Assembly (NCBI GenBank): GCA_002269645.1
Contig: NIVC01003326.1
Coordinates: forward strand, 1 to 33,854
Reading direction: 5' to 3'
DNA length: 33,854 nucleotides
DNA from: Macrostomum lignano
Lineage: Eukaryota
Position numbers and translations under genes: made by a program. A model generated the notes under the pieces. It searched no databases. It worked only from the letters and a program-made list of their open reading frames with translations, and was not told where the DNA came from. Positions 19,852-30,021 of the stretch are shown piece by piece. Every line of letters begins with the position of its first letter. Position 1 is the stretch's first letter.

Positions 19852-20112
19852 AGTAGGCAAACTTCACTCGATTGCCCCGAAGGGTCGCAGACATTCTGAT
19901 TGCATTGACACAGGAATTCGGGTTCTATTCGCGCTACACATAAACAAGTTTGCATTGCAACAATATGGTCGGCTATAGCAAAGCAAGTAGGCAAACTTCA
20001 CTCGATCGCCCCGAAGGGTCGCAGACACAGTCTGATGACTAACACAGGAATTCGGGCTTCTATTCGCGCTACACACAAACAAGCTCACACCGCAACAATA
20101 TGGCCAGCTATT
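19852..20112. repeat. Diverged 134-bp tandem duplication inside the Polinton
   Basis: AGTAGGCAAACTTCACTCGAT(T/C)GCCCCGAAGGGTCGCAGACA starts at 19852 and 19986. Confidence 0.85.
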
Positions 20113-21112
20113 GTCTGACCCCCGTAGACTTGCCACTTCAATAGATACTGTAGAGGTTCTACCCCCGCTCACCCACTCAACATTTCAATCTGACCAATAC
20201 TCGCGACCAAATCATCCGACCAAAAAAGTTTTAGCTTTGGTTTTGGTTTTGGATTTTGGCAACCAATTCTTTCTCTCCAGTTCGTCTATTTTTCTGTTAC
20301 TAAAAATAGACAAAAATGACGAACATTACACATGCATACAATCTGAATGAATGGCAAACAGAAGACCCAGTAAAAGTATCGTGCAGAAGATGGGTGGTAG
20401 TTTTGTTATAGCTGACTGAATATCTAAAGCATTTCCTAGAAATAATGGTTTACTGAAGGCCATTTTATGTATTTAAAATTTACTATCGTTAAATTGGATG
20501 ACACTTTCATATTGTATATACCTGAAATTGCATTGAATTGACCCGTGAATCCAACTTTTCTCATGGTTTTAGAGCTGGAATCGTGAAAATTGCACCTTTT
20601 CAAAATATTTGAAAAACACAAAAATCGCTGTTTTCAGACCATTTTCACCTGTTTTTAGTCATTTTTCACTTATTTTTGTGATTTTAAAAATGAGTGAGGG
20701 CATGAGGGCGAGGGCGCCCTCCTTTTTTAAAAGTATAAAAATTCTGAAAAATCTGTGTTCTGCGAAATATTCCACATGCCAATGCCCACACATGCCCTCA
20801 CCCTCAACACCCTCACACAATATATATATATATATATTATATATTTATCTCAGACACCTTGCAACTCTGACCTCCTGGTAGTAGTAGTGTGATATAAGGG
20901 GCTGAGTCATCCAGCGAGCTGGCGCGCACTGCGCCCGAGCAATAAGTGTGGCTCAGACCTTTATATCATACTACTACTAATTGAATATTTTTGTCTTTTA
21001 GTGCCTTCGGATGACAATGTCAGTGCTAATTGACTTGTCTAAAAATTCGATATTGACAAGCGGTGGTCTAAAATGCTAAAAAATCATTAAGAAACTATAG
21101 TTAGTACGTCAC

Positions 21113-21392
21113 CTTTTCAGTCAGAGTGCCGGCAAGGACCCCGAAGCTACCCGGGTGCTGCATTCGCACCACAGGCAGCCGGGCACCGGCGCCATCTGGC
21201 AGCACTCGACAGAGCACCTTCGACACAGACGAATCCGTATCGCTGCTGACAGCGCCACCCGGACAATGTATGAACAGCCGCACGTGACACGCCGACCAGC
21301 TGACTGCTAACGGCAGACGCGGAATCGATGGCTTCTTCCGGCGAGTGTCCAAATGATTAGCCAATACTAACATTGGTATTATGTCTGCTGAA
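21113..21392 (-). CDS. NUDT18: NUDT18-like exon 5
   Basis: SADIIPMLVLA...PRLP...CHVRL...VL...RLPV resembles the NUDT18 C-terminal domain; phases fit the neighbouring exons; donor AAG|GTGACG. Confidence 0.7.
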
Positions 21393-21613
21393 CTGAATTT
21401 GGTTAGTTTATTAGCTATGCAGAAGTAATGTAAGATATTTGAAGTGTGTGACATTTTTAAAGACAAAATTTGATAACTCACCGAAGTTCAATGCGCGCTC
21501 TGAAATAATTTAATAGTTACATGTAACTTCTAAACATACTTTCTTCGTGCACAATTTAAAGAATGCATACTACTTCTAGTAGACATGTAATTATACATTC
21601 TTAATCAACTTAC

Positions 21614-21672
21614 CCAATAACGTCTTTCAACGGGATCCACTTGGCGCATAGAGACTCTTCGTCCGGTTTGTT
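21614..21672 (-). CDS. NUDT18: NUDT18-like exon 4
   Basis: CTGCAG|NKPDEESLCAKWIPLKDVI-GG|GTAAGT, similar to the ADAESLQAAW motif. Confidence 0.8.
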
Positions 21673-22626
21673 CTGCAGTTGAAATTGCGGTTGTATGATA
21701 TAAATAATTTATAAGTATCTCAGACAGCATCGTGATAGTGCTCATATTTGCTGACAGACTGGTTAAGATTGAGATAGCATAAAATAAGATTAAGATAGAC
21801 TGAAAATCGACAAAACGCCGAGCGAGTGCCCGTCCTCTGCATTGGAGCGCCTGCAGTCAAAAGCAGCGCCTAAGAGTCAGTTTGAGGCGTTTTATTGTTT
21901 GCGACTCTGAAACAACACTGGGGTGATGCAAGTGACTTTGGTGCACTTCTGTAATGACTCTGGAGCCGTAGATTCGTATCCTAGGAGTCTAAAAGCGCGT
22001 CTGCATCAATTTATGAATTATAGAATCGCATTTCGCATTTACATGTATAGCAACTCTAATTTAGTCTTACTTTTTCTTACTAGTCTTACTTAGTTTTTTG
22101 CGAATCATTTTACGATTCTACAACCATGCGCTCGTGGCTCAACAGTCGCCTCTACAGTCATTTGAGTCGGTAAAAAAGTCACAAGAGTCGTCAGAGGCAC
22201 TCACTAGTGAGTTGTTTGCAATGACTCTTTTGCGATTCTTGTCACGGTAACGTTTTCAAAGGGTCGCTTAGACGCTTAGACGAATCAGACCTGTTGCTAT
22301 TCGAGCGAGTCTGTCAGCGTCCAAGTGTTACGCTCGTAGCTCGTATAAAACAACGCCAACTTCTAAAGGTCAAGGCCAAAACTAACCTCTAATCAACAAC
22401 CTCTACCAAAGCAAAGCTAGTCTCCAACCTCAAGCTTCGAAATTTAATAGGTCGTCTGACCAGTGCAGTGTGGTTGGCGAACGCAAAATATAATTCCTTG
22501 TTAAATTAACTACAAGAAATCTATCAGAGTCAACATGCAAATCAAGTTTTTAACTTAAGTATATATACACTGAAGATGGTTTTGTGGCCAAATAATTGAC
22601 TAGAAGAAAAAAAACAGCAAACTTGC

Positions 22627-22761
22627 CTTCAACTTTCCGCCGACAATTTCGCCAAGAAAGTTGACGCGAATCCAATGACAGTCGCGGCATTCGATGCTGA
22701 CTAATAGGCGTGGCTCGAATTGCAGTCCAACCTCTTCGAGGAATTCGCGCTTGACCGCGTC
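22627..22761 (-). CDS. NUDT18: NUDT18-like exon 3 (second half of the Nudix box)
   Basis: DAVKREFLEEVGLQFEPRLLVSIECRDCHWIRVNFLGEIVGGKLK; acceptor TTTTCTAG; non-canonical donor AAG|GCAAGT. Confidence 0.88.
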
Positions 22762-23082
22762 CTAGAAAACAGACGAAATGGCAGGAATTTTTTATACCGT
22801 AAGAAAAATTAGCGCTGTTTTAGCGTCGGTTTTTGGTCTGAGAGTCTTTTTAGACGCGTTTCTAAAACTGCGACTCTGTAACCCTCTTGTCACGGTAACA
22901 TCTTCATCCTGCATCCATCTGGCTGTTTTAGTCGAAATACTCCAAGTTGTCTACTTTTTTGGTGTTCCAAATGCCAAAGCGTTTGGAAATGTGATTCATT
23001 GGTCTGGGATGTACCAGTGTTTTGGTTTGAATAAATTATGAAAGGATTTATTCAAAGGATTAAAGATTTACATGCTTTAAAC

Positions 23083-23310
23083 CAAGGGTCGAGAAACTCC
23101 GGCCCGCCAAGCCTCTCTATCCGGCCCTCGGGTCCTTTGAAATTTCACAATAGCAATCCGGTCCGCTCGAGGTTTGTGTCTCTTCTCAGCTCTCTTTTCA
23201 AATCTCATATCTTTTCTCTTCTCTCTCGTCTCTCGTCTCTTTTCTCTTCCCTTTCCTCTCCCCTCTGGCCCGCAGTCCTGTGCTAGATTCTGTATCTGGC
23301 CCTTTAGGTA
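23083..23310 (+). mobile_element. hAT (Charlie/Buster-like) terminal fragment
   Basis: CAAGGGTCGAGAAACTCCGGCCCGCC start and repeated GGCCC(G/T)C motifs; no partner end found. Confidence 0.35.
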
Positions 23311-23466
23311 AAAAAAGTTTATTAAACAATATTTTCAGGGACACAAACAGTGTTTCAGATAGGCAAGATGATTCTCTTGAATGCACACTAATGCTTTACT
23401 TTTTAAAGATCAATGTTTGCAGATCATTTAAAATAATGGTAAATAACTATTGCAGTTATTGCTTAC

Positions 23467-23633
23467 TTCCAATGACTCATTAAGTTCGAGTCTGCCAGCC
23501 GGCAGGTACCAGAGGCCTCGGGCAGATGGTTTGGCCTCCTGGATCATTGCAACGTCGCGGTTGGCAGAGAATACTATGCCGGAAACGATCACAGCTTTGC
23601 TGCGACCCAGCTTTGGAATGTCGTGGTCTAGAC
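23467..23633 (-). CDS. NUDT18: NUDT18-like exon 2 (first half of the Nudix box)
   Basis: VAMIQEAKPSARGLWYLPAGRLELNESLE|GTAAGC closely resembles NUDT18 LIQEAK..RGSWYLPAGRME. Confidence 0.9.
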
Positions 23634-23746
23634 CTGACCGTGAAAATGTGACACTCGTTAAATTACAGTATAATTTTCTTAAAATTTTTAGCAGTAATTG
23701 TTTAACAAATGTAGTATGCTTGAAATACAAGGTAGCTATGTAAATT

Positions 23747-26323
23747 GCGTCTGCAATTCATCTGCAAGTCATCTGCGTCTATGCCCCAACGGCCCCTCGG
23801 ACCAGCGAAGATCCATCTGAGACAGAAGCCCTTTACGACACCCTGGGCTGCACGCTTGATTCCCTCCCTGCTCGTGATTCTGTCATTGTCGCTGGTGACT
23901 TCAACTCGCCACTGCCAGCTGACGGCCGCTTGGTAAAGAACAGCTGTGGCACCCCCAATGCCAACTCTCCTTTTCTATCTAGTTTTATCCAGGCCAGAGA
24001 TCTGATAACTGTCAACGGCACCTTGCAACAGCGCTTCAGCAAGCTCCCAACTTTCTCTGGTCCCAACGGGCGAACCACTCGGCTGGACTGGATTCTCTGC
24101 CCAATTGGTCTGAGGTCCAGGGTGCGCAGAGTCCTCAATATCCGCCCCGACTGCGTTCAATCTGATCACCGCCTGGTGGCATGCGACTTCGACCTGCACT
24201 GGCAAAAGCTCCGGCCTGCGCCACCTCACCCGCTCTGGGCCGACCTGAGAAACCCGGACACGCGGCAGGCCTTCCTTCGCAAGCTGCTTGCCGCCACTCC
24301 TGCTCCAGCCGAGTCCTTCGAGTCTTTCCATCACGCTGTTGAGGATGCTGCAGCGCTTCTCCCACGGAGACAGGCAAACCATCCAAAGACACTGTGGGAC
24401 CGCGATCCCGTCATCTCCCAGGCAAGGCGGCATGTGCAGAGCACTGCTGCACTCCACGGCCATGACAGCGACCAGTCCAGTGCTGCCAGGGACGAGCTGC
24501 AGCGCATCTACGCCCAACGGACTGAAGCCTTCATCGAAGAGGTTGTGAGCGAAATCCAACTCGCCACTGACAACTGCCGCCATAGCGCTGCCTGGAGGGC
24601 CATCAACCAGCTGACAGGCAGGAAACCCAGGCCCAGCACCATCGTCGGCGCCGATTCCACCGAGCACCGCAAGGCTCTACTGGCCGCCCACTACCGCGAG
24701 GTGCTCAACGCGCCCGCTCCAACTGCGCCTCTTCTGCCAATCCCGGACTTCACTCCAGCCCAGCCGAGCGCCTTCAACACCGGCCCCATCACTGCAGGCG
24801 AGGTTGACCGAGCACTGAGGACCATGCGAGCTGATGCCGCCGCTGGGGTGGACGCCATCCCTCCCAGGGTCCTGAAGCTGCCCGAACTCACCCCAACCAT
24901 CACCAGCCTGCTGAACAAACACTGCAGCCTTGGAGGCAACGAGACCGCCTCAGCTCCTCAGCAATGGCGCACCTCCAAGATCGTCTCCATCCCGAAGAAA
25001 GGCGCCTCCACCAGCCTGGACAACCAGCGGGGCATCGCACTGGAATGCACAACGCCGAAGCTGCTGAACGCAATTCTGCGCAACCGCCTGCTGCCCGGCC
25101 TCAACCCGCTGCTGCTGAGCCTCCAAAGCGGCTTCCGCCCGGGTAGGTCCACCACCGAGCAGGTTGCCACCATCCGCTCTGTCATCGAGGCCTGCAAGAC
25201 CCGCCAGCGCTCCGTGTCAATCATCTTCGTCGACTTTCGCAAGGCGTTTGACTCGGTGTCCAGGCCTGCGATCGCGTGGCTTCTATCGCAATATGGCGTG
25301 CCTGCTGCGCTGGTGAGTGCGGTGATGGACCTCTACCGCGACTCCAGGGCTTTTGTCATGTCGAGCGACGGCCCCACAGAAGAGTTCGGCACCAGCTCAG
25401 GCGTTCTTCAGGGTGACACGCTGGCTCCTCTGCTCTTCCTCGTGGTTGTGGACTACGTGCTTCGTCGGTCCCTCCGCGAGGATGACAGCTACTTGCTGGT
25501 CCCACGCCGAAGCTCCAGACACCCTGATGTTTCGCTTCCCGCTCTCGCGTATGCTGACGACATCGCGCTGCTCTGCCGCGACCCAGCTGCGGCCCAGCGC
25601 GCTCTCACAAGGCTGTGCGACGAGGGCGCCCGTGTTGGGCTGCTGGTGAATGCTCGCAAGACGGAGGCGCTGCACGTGGGCACGAATACCGCCCCAACTC
25701 TAACGCTGCCCAATGGAGATCGCATCGCGGTGTGCGAGGACTTCCGGTACCTCGGCGCCCTGGTGATGAGCCCCGATGCGATTGTCTCCGACAGGAGGAA
25801 TCAGGCCTGGCGCGCCGCTCACCTCCTCAGGAACGTTTTTAATTCAGCTGCCAGAGACGACCTGAAGGTGCGCCTGTTTCGCACGGCCGTCGAGCCGATT
25901 CTTCTGTACGGCATGGAGGCTGTGCCGCTGACCGAAACGCGAGAGCGAGCCCTAGACGCGCTTTACCGATCGCTGCTGCGCTACGCGCTGGGCGTGCACT
26001 ATCCGGATCGCCTGCCGACCAACGCTCTGATGGCCCGCGCCGGAACTCCGCCCCTGAGTGCCATACTGCGCCGGCGCCGCCAGATGCTGCTGGGCCACTG
26101 CCTACGGACCCTGGGTCGCGGCGCGCCCGTCCCTCTGGCCCTGGCCATGCTGCACCGGCCGACCGAACAATTGCGCCGTGGCCAGGCTCGCACTGCCACC
26201 CTAATGAACTGCCTCATCGCTGACTTGCAGGCGCTTGAGCTGACCCCTCAGGCTGCTGCTGCCTGCCCCTCCCGCCTGTTCTGCGAACGCGTGCGCGCAA
26301 GGGGCCTCCCCTCTGCGTCTTAA
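23747..26323 (+). CDS. LINE ORF2: truncated AP endonuclease + reverse transcriptase, uninterrupted
   Basis: VYAPT, GDFN, LDWIL, SDHRLV (APE); QSGFRPGRST, DFRKAFDSV, GVLQGDTLAP, YADD (RT). The frame is also open upstream of the listed 23930 start. Confidence 0.93.
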   Translation, partial: ASAIHLQVICVYAPTAPRTSEDPSETEALYDTLGCTLDSLPARDSVIVAGDFNSPLPADGRLVKNSCGTPNANSPFLSSFIQARDLITVNGTLQQRFSKLPTFSGPNGRTTRLDWILCPIGLRSRVRRVLNIRPDCVQSDHRLVACDFDLHWQKLRPAPPHPLWADLRNPDTRQAFLRKLLAATPAPAESFESFHHAVEDAAALLPRRQANHPKTLWDRDPVISQARRHVQSTAALHGHDSDQSSAARDELQRIYAQRTEAFIEEVVSEIQLATDNCRHSAAWRAINQLTGRKPRPSTIVGADSTEHRKALLAAHYREVLNAPAPTAPLLPIPDFTPAQPSAFNTGPITAGEVDRALRTMRADAAAGVDAIPPRVLKLPELTPTITSLLNKHCSLGGNETASAPQQWRTSKIVSIPKKGASTSLDNQRGIALECTTPKLLNAILRNRLLPGLNPLLLSLQSGFRPGRSTTEQVATIRSVIEACKTRQRSVSIIFVDFRKAFDSVSRPAIAWLLSQYGVPAALVSAVMDLYRDSRAFVMSSDGPTEEFGTSSGVLQGDTLAPLLFLVVVDYVLRRSLREDDSYLLVPRRSSRHPDVSLPALAYADDIALLCRDPAAAQRALTRLCDEGARVGLLVNARKTEALHVGTNTAPTLTLPNGDRIAVCEDFRYLGALVMSPDAIVSDRRNQAWRAAHLLRNVFNSAARDDLKVRLFRTAVEPILLYGMEAVPLTETRERALDALYRSLLRYALGVHYPDRLPTNALMARAGTPPLSAILRRRRQMLLGHCLRTLGRGAPVPLALAMLHRPTEQLRRGQARTATLMNCLIADLQALELTPQAAAACPSRLFCERVRARGLPSAS

Positions 26324-26340
26324 TATATATATAATATATA
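23747..26340 (+). mobile_element. 5'-truncated RTE-like non-LTR retrotransposon, antisense in NUDT18 intron 1
   Basis: 10-bp TSD TATGTAAATT at 23737-23746 and 26341-26350; (TA)n-like 3' tail; open APE+RT frame. Confidence 0.92.
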
Positions 26341-26399
26341 TATGTAAATTAATTGTAATCTAAAGTACAATCAAGGTTATCAAGTAAATGTTGAATTAC

Positions 26400-26526
26400 C
26401 TAAGAATTTATTGTCAATTGCCAGATCATCTTGACTGAACTCTTTTGAAAGCTTATATGGCTTATTGCTGAGAATGTCTTGTAACTCCTTTGTGAGCTTC
26501 AGGTCTAAGGCATCTTTGTGCGCCAT
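26400..26526 (-). CDS. NUDT18: NUDT18-like exon 1
   Basis: ATG at 26526, MAHKDALDLKLTKELQDILSNK...FL-G|GTAAT, phase 1 matching exon 2. The joined exons total 1086 nt (361 aa + stop) with no frame break. Confidence 0.65.
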
Positions 26527-29017
26527 ATAAACAACTCTGAAAAGTTGAAGTTTTAAAATCAATGAAGAGTAGCAAAATTTTCTAATTAAAATGTTAAGTC
26601 CAAATTTAATTTAACTTAAATTTTTAACACTAATATATTTTACTAGTAGTCTAGAGCTGAATTTCAGTAAAAAAGCAAAAATTTGACTGGAAACAAAGAT
26701 TTTTAAGAAATTGAAATCTAACCAAGGGTTTTAGATAAAAAGAAGTTTCTATAGGCATTTTATTAGTATCATGCAATTCAAATAAACATATGCTTATTGG
26801 CTTTAGTTATAAAAGAAACAATAAATCCAGTTCCTGATTGTTCAAATACATTAATACGAGTACTAGGCCCCTAGCTAGATACATCATGATTTTTTTCAAT
26901 AACTATATATTTAACTTTATGTGTATATTGATTTGTAAAAAATACCTAAATTTATTCATCCTTACATAGTTATATATATAGAAAGGTGTACTATAAGATC
27001 TAGCCAAAACTTTACAGCTAGTAGTAAAAAATCTTAGTCTCAATGGTGATTGGCTTAAACCCTGAATGCTAAATCTATACAGTATATACTATACTATCAA
27101 ATATTACCCAATTAAAATTAAAGTATCTGCTATTTCACCTAATAACTCAAATTATACATTCGTTTAATCTGTTTCGAATTTTCAAAATGCGCATAGCAAA
27201 TTAGAGTACTCATGATAAAACTTGCTTTTTACATTATTACTTGTTCACATACTTCTTCAAACTTACATTTTGTTTGAAGTTATAAGTTCGAAGTTTAAAG
27301 AAGCAGTTAAAAGTTCAATATGAAAATGGAGTGCAAACAGAAGCAAACTTAACACGTTCGGTAAACTGCTTCAGTCAGAAGTAAAGTTTAACACGCAATG
27401 GCCCCGACTGAAAAATTAATTAAAATTGCCAACATCAAAGCAAGTTAAATTCGCGCAAACTGTTGAATGTTTAATTTGATACAGTATCTCGATAACGCCA
27501 AAATCGGCGTGATATAACGAATATTCATAGAAATGTGCCCCATAGGCTTCCAATTAGCTTTTAGATATAAAAATGGGCACCTGCACGTTCCATCATAAGC
27601 ATAGGAAACATTCAAACAGTGGTAGGTCGAACAGGCTTGGCGGAATACATCTGTTAAATCAGTAACTCTTCAAAACCGAAAAATAGTTAAGTAGGCAAAA
27701 ATCGGATGTTTGTAGCCTTCAATACCTCTGCGTTCTCGCGCAGGCAAACAAAAACAAACCACCACTTAGCAAAAAGCACGCTTACCAAAATCACGACCTT
27801 TTTAATTAATATTTAACGTGGGGGTGAGGTTAGCAGAGGGAAAGAGGGGGGTTGGCTCATGTACATTAAATAAAGAAAAAATACATGTACAATTAAATTA
27901 GTAAAAACCCCAAAAATACGAGCTCGTATAACAAAATATGAACCTCCAGAACAACATCAATAAGACAAACGTTATTTAGTTCATAGCATATGACTACTTG
28001 TACATTGTTAATTATATGTACAGTTAATAATTTAAAAAACAGTTCGATTCTCTTATCAAAAGTGGAGTATGCCACTAAATGCCATTAACTCTTGGCAGGT
28101 CGACGAATCAAGAAATGAGAAATATCCTTTTAATTGATCCTATTCATGCATAAATTGTCTCGTACATCGAGATTAAAAGATCTGAATGCGTACTTTTATC
28201 CAATGATGGCTTTTATTTCTCTTTTCATTGTAAATTAAGTTTCATTCTTATATATCTTTCCGAATGTACTGCAATTGTAAAGAATTTGAAAATCCATTCA
28301 TTATCCATTCCATTCACTTTTATTATCATGAATCAATGCAATGAATAAAAATACTACCAGCTGGCGAGATTGAAAACTCTTGGTGCTATATAATATATAC
28401 AAGTAAAATCATGCAACTGACTGAAGCAATATGGGTGCTAGAATTGTGTACTAATTGATTCCAAGGTTTAAAATTAAGCGTTAAATTACGTATATACATG
28501 TAACTTAACTGCATTCACACGTATCGCACGTGTCACATGCATGCATCAATAATAAAGTTTTTTCATCGAAAGAGTTTCCTTATATACGCTGTGTGTACCG
28601 AACTTAGCAGCAAGAAAGCTTTATTGACAAAGTATACAGATGTGAAGACAATATTTGCTCCGGAACCATTTGTATGAGCACTGCACATGTATACGCATAA
28701 CTTATGCAAAAAAAGGATACTTTTACATGCATGAATTAGCTAAGTTCTCAGCATCCAATCAAAATAGCACGCCCATATAGGACCTGCATAAAAACTCCCA
28801 TTGCCTGATATCAACATTTATCTTCAAAAGCAGATGCAACAAATAAAAAAGCTTTTTTTATAAACGGTCCAATTCAACCTATGAGCGACTGTTTATCATA
28901 TTGCATGAAATGCATGCACAAGCACGCAGCTTGTTGATGCATCATCAGCTTGTGCTTACTGTAGCAATACTCTTCAGCATCGTTTATGATAATAAGTTCA
29001 AATAAACCATACCTGCA

Positions 29018-29290
29018 TGTAACAATGATCATATTCCTGCACGGTCACGAGTGCGGGAATGACATCTGCACGAGTGCGCGCTAGCGCACGAGTGCACGAT
29101 GTCCTTCACGCACGAGTGAACGTGAAGGAATTCCATTGTCGGATGATTCATCGTGCAGGAATGCACAAAACCGTGCAGGAATGCATTCTGCGCCTAATGC
29201 TTTTTCAGTGAGATTTTACCATAGACATCCATTCCTGCACGCAAAAGAGTGCAAGAATGCCATTCTTGCATGGAAAATCAGCCGACAATG
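29018..29290. repeat. Palindrome-rich interspersed repeat (GCACGAGTGC and ATTCCTGCACG/CGTGCAGGAAT motifs)
   Basis: CATTGTCGGATGATT...TGCAGGAATGC (about 29134-29163) is inverse to GCCATTCTTGCATGGAAAATCAGCCGACAATG (about 29259-29290). Confidence 0.55.
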
Positions 29291-30021
29291 ATGACGCTCC
29301 TTTTGGTTCTGCTGTCTCTGCAAGCTCCAGCTGCGATGCAAGACGCCTACAACCTGATCACCGGCTACCTGTGCATCAGGAGCGACTTTAATTCATTGAG
29401 ACTCCAGGTGGCTCGCACTCTGAGATCGGGTGCGCCGCTCTGTGCAACCGAAACCGGCGCTGTCAGGCGTTCAGCCTGGCTGACGGTCCGTGCCAGCTGT
29501 TCGTGTTCGACAAGTGCAGCAAGTCGGTGAGGGACTGCGGCTGCTCCAGGAGAGGCCGGGTGTTTTTGAAGCAGCAGCCGGGACTCGAGGCGGGCGCGCT
29601 GTGTCCGTCTGGCTACGGAGACGACCTGTGCGGAGTGAAGTACAAGGTGTACAACACCACTAGAATCTGGTCAGAGAGCAGACAGAAGTGCGAGTCGGAG
29701 AGCGGTCTGGTGATCATGGCGGATGTGGTGGACGCTACCGAGATGAGCCACGTAGACGAGATTCATGGTGTGCGCAGTCCTGAAGCGCCTTTCTACCTCG
29801 GAGGGTTTCAGCCAGCCGGCAGCGCTGAACCCGCCGGAGGCTGGCACTGGGTCGGCTGCAACATCCCCATTGACGGCAGCCTGTGGTGCAAACCTGATCC
29901 CAATAACGGTGGCGGAAGTGAAAGTTTTGTAGCTCGCGTACCGAACGTAAAAAACCTGGTCGATGTTCCGGAAAATTACGCCTTGAATGCCTTGTGCGAG
30001 TGTGTGTCGCCATTTAACTGA
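29288..30021 (+). CDS. Secreted PAN/apple + C-type lectin domain protein, single exon, one frameshift near 29428
   Basis: Signal peptide MMTLLLVLLSLQAPAA; CAALCNRNRRCQAFSLADGPCQLF (PAN-like); W.ESRQKCE, FYLGG, GGWHWV, W...DPNN...DV...ALCE (CTLD). Confidence 0.8.

Larger units (their letters stand above)
13548..20978 (+). mobile_element. Polinton/Maverick-like element, internally deleted and degenerate (7431 bp), inside the last NUDT18 intron
   Basis: About 600-620 bp TIRs (13548-about 14170 and about 20378-20978); AGTGGTAGT / ACTACTACT termini; near 6-bp TSD AAATGA / AATTGA; integrase, pPolB fragment, PLA2-like domain, primase-helicase. No capsid, ATPase or protease genes seen. Confidence 0.92.

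Noticed and set aside
20020-20075. CTGATGA as a hammerhead core, or an HDV-like fold in the 134-bp duplication
   Set aside because: No matching GAAA half or helices, the motif is absent from the other copy, and P1.1/P2 pairings could not be built.
21750-22320. GACTC-rich segment bounded by GCTGACAGACT inverted repeats
   Set aside because: Possibly a MITE, but the 11-bp match is short and no TSD could be established.
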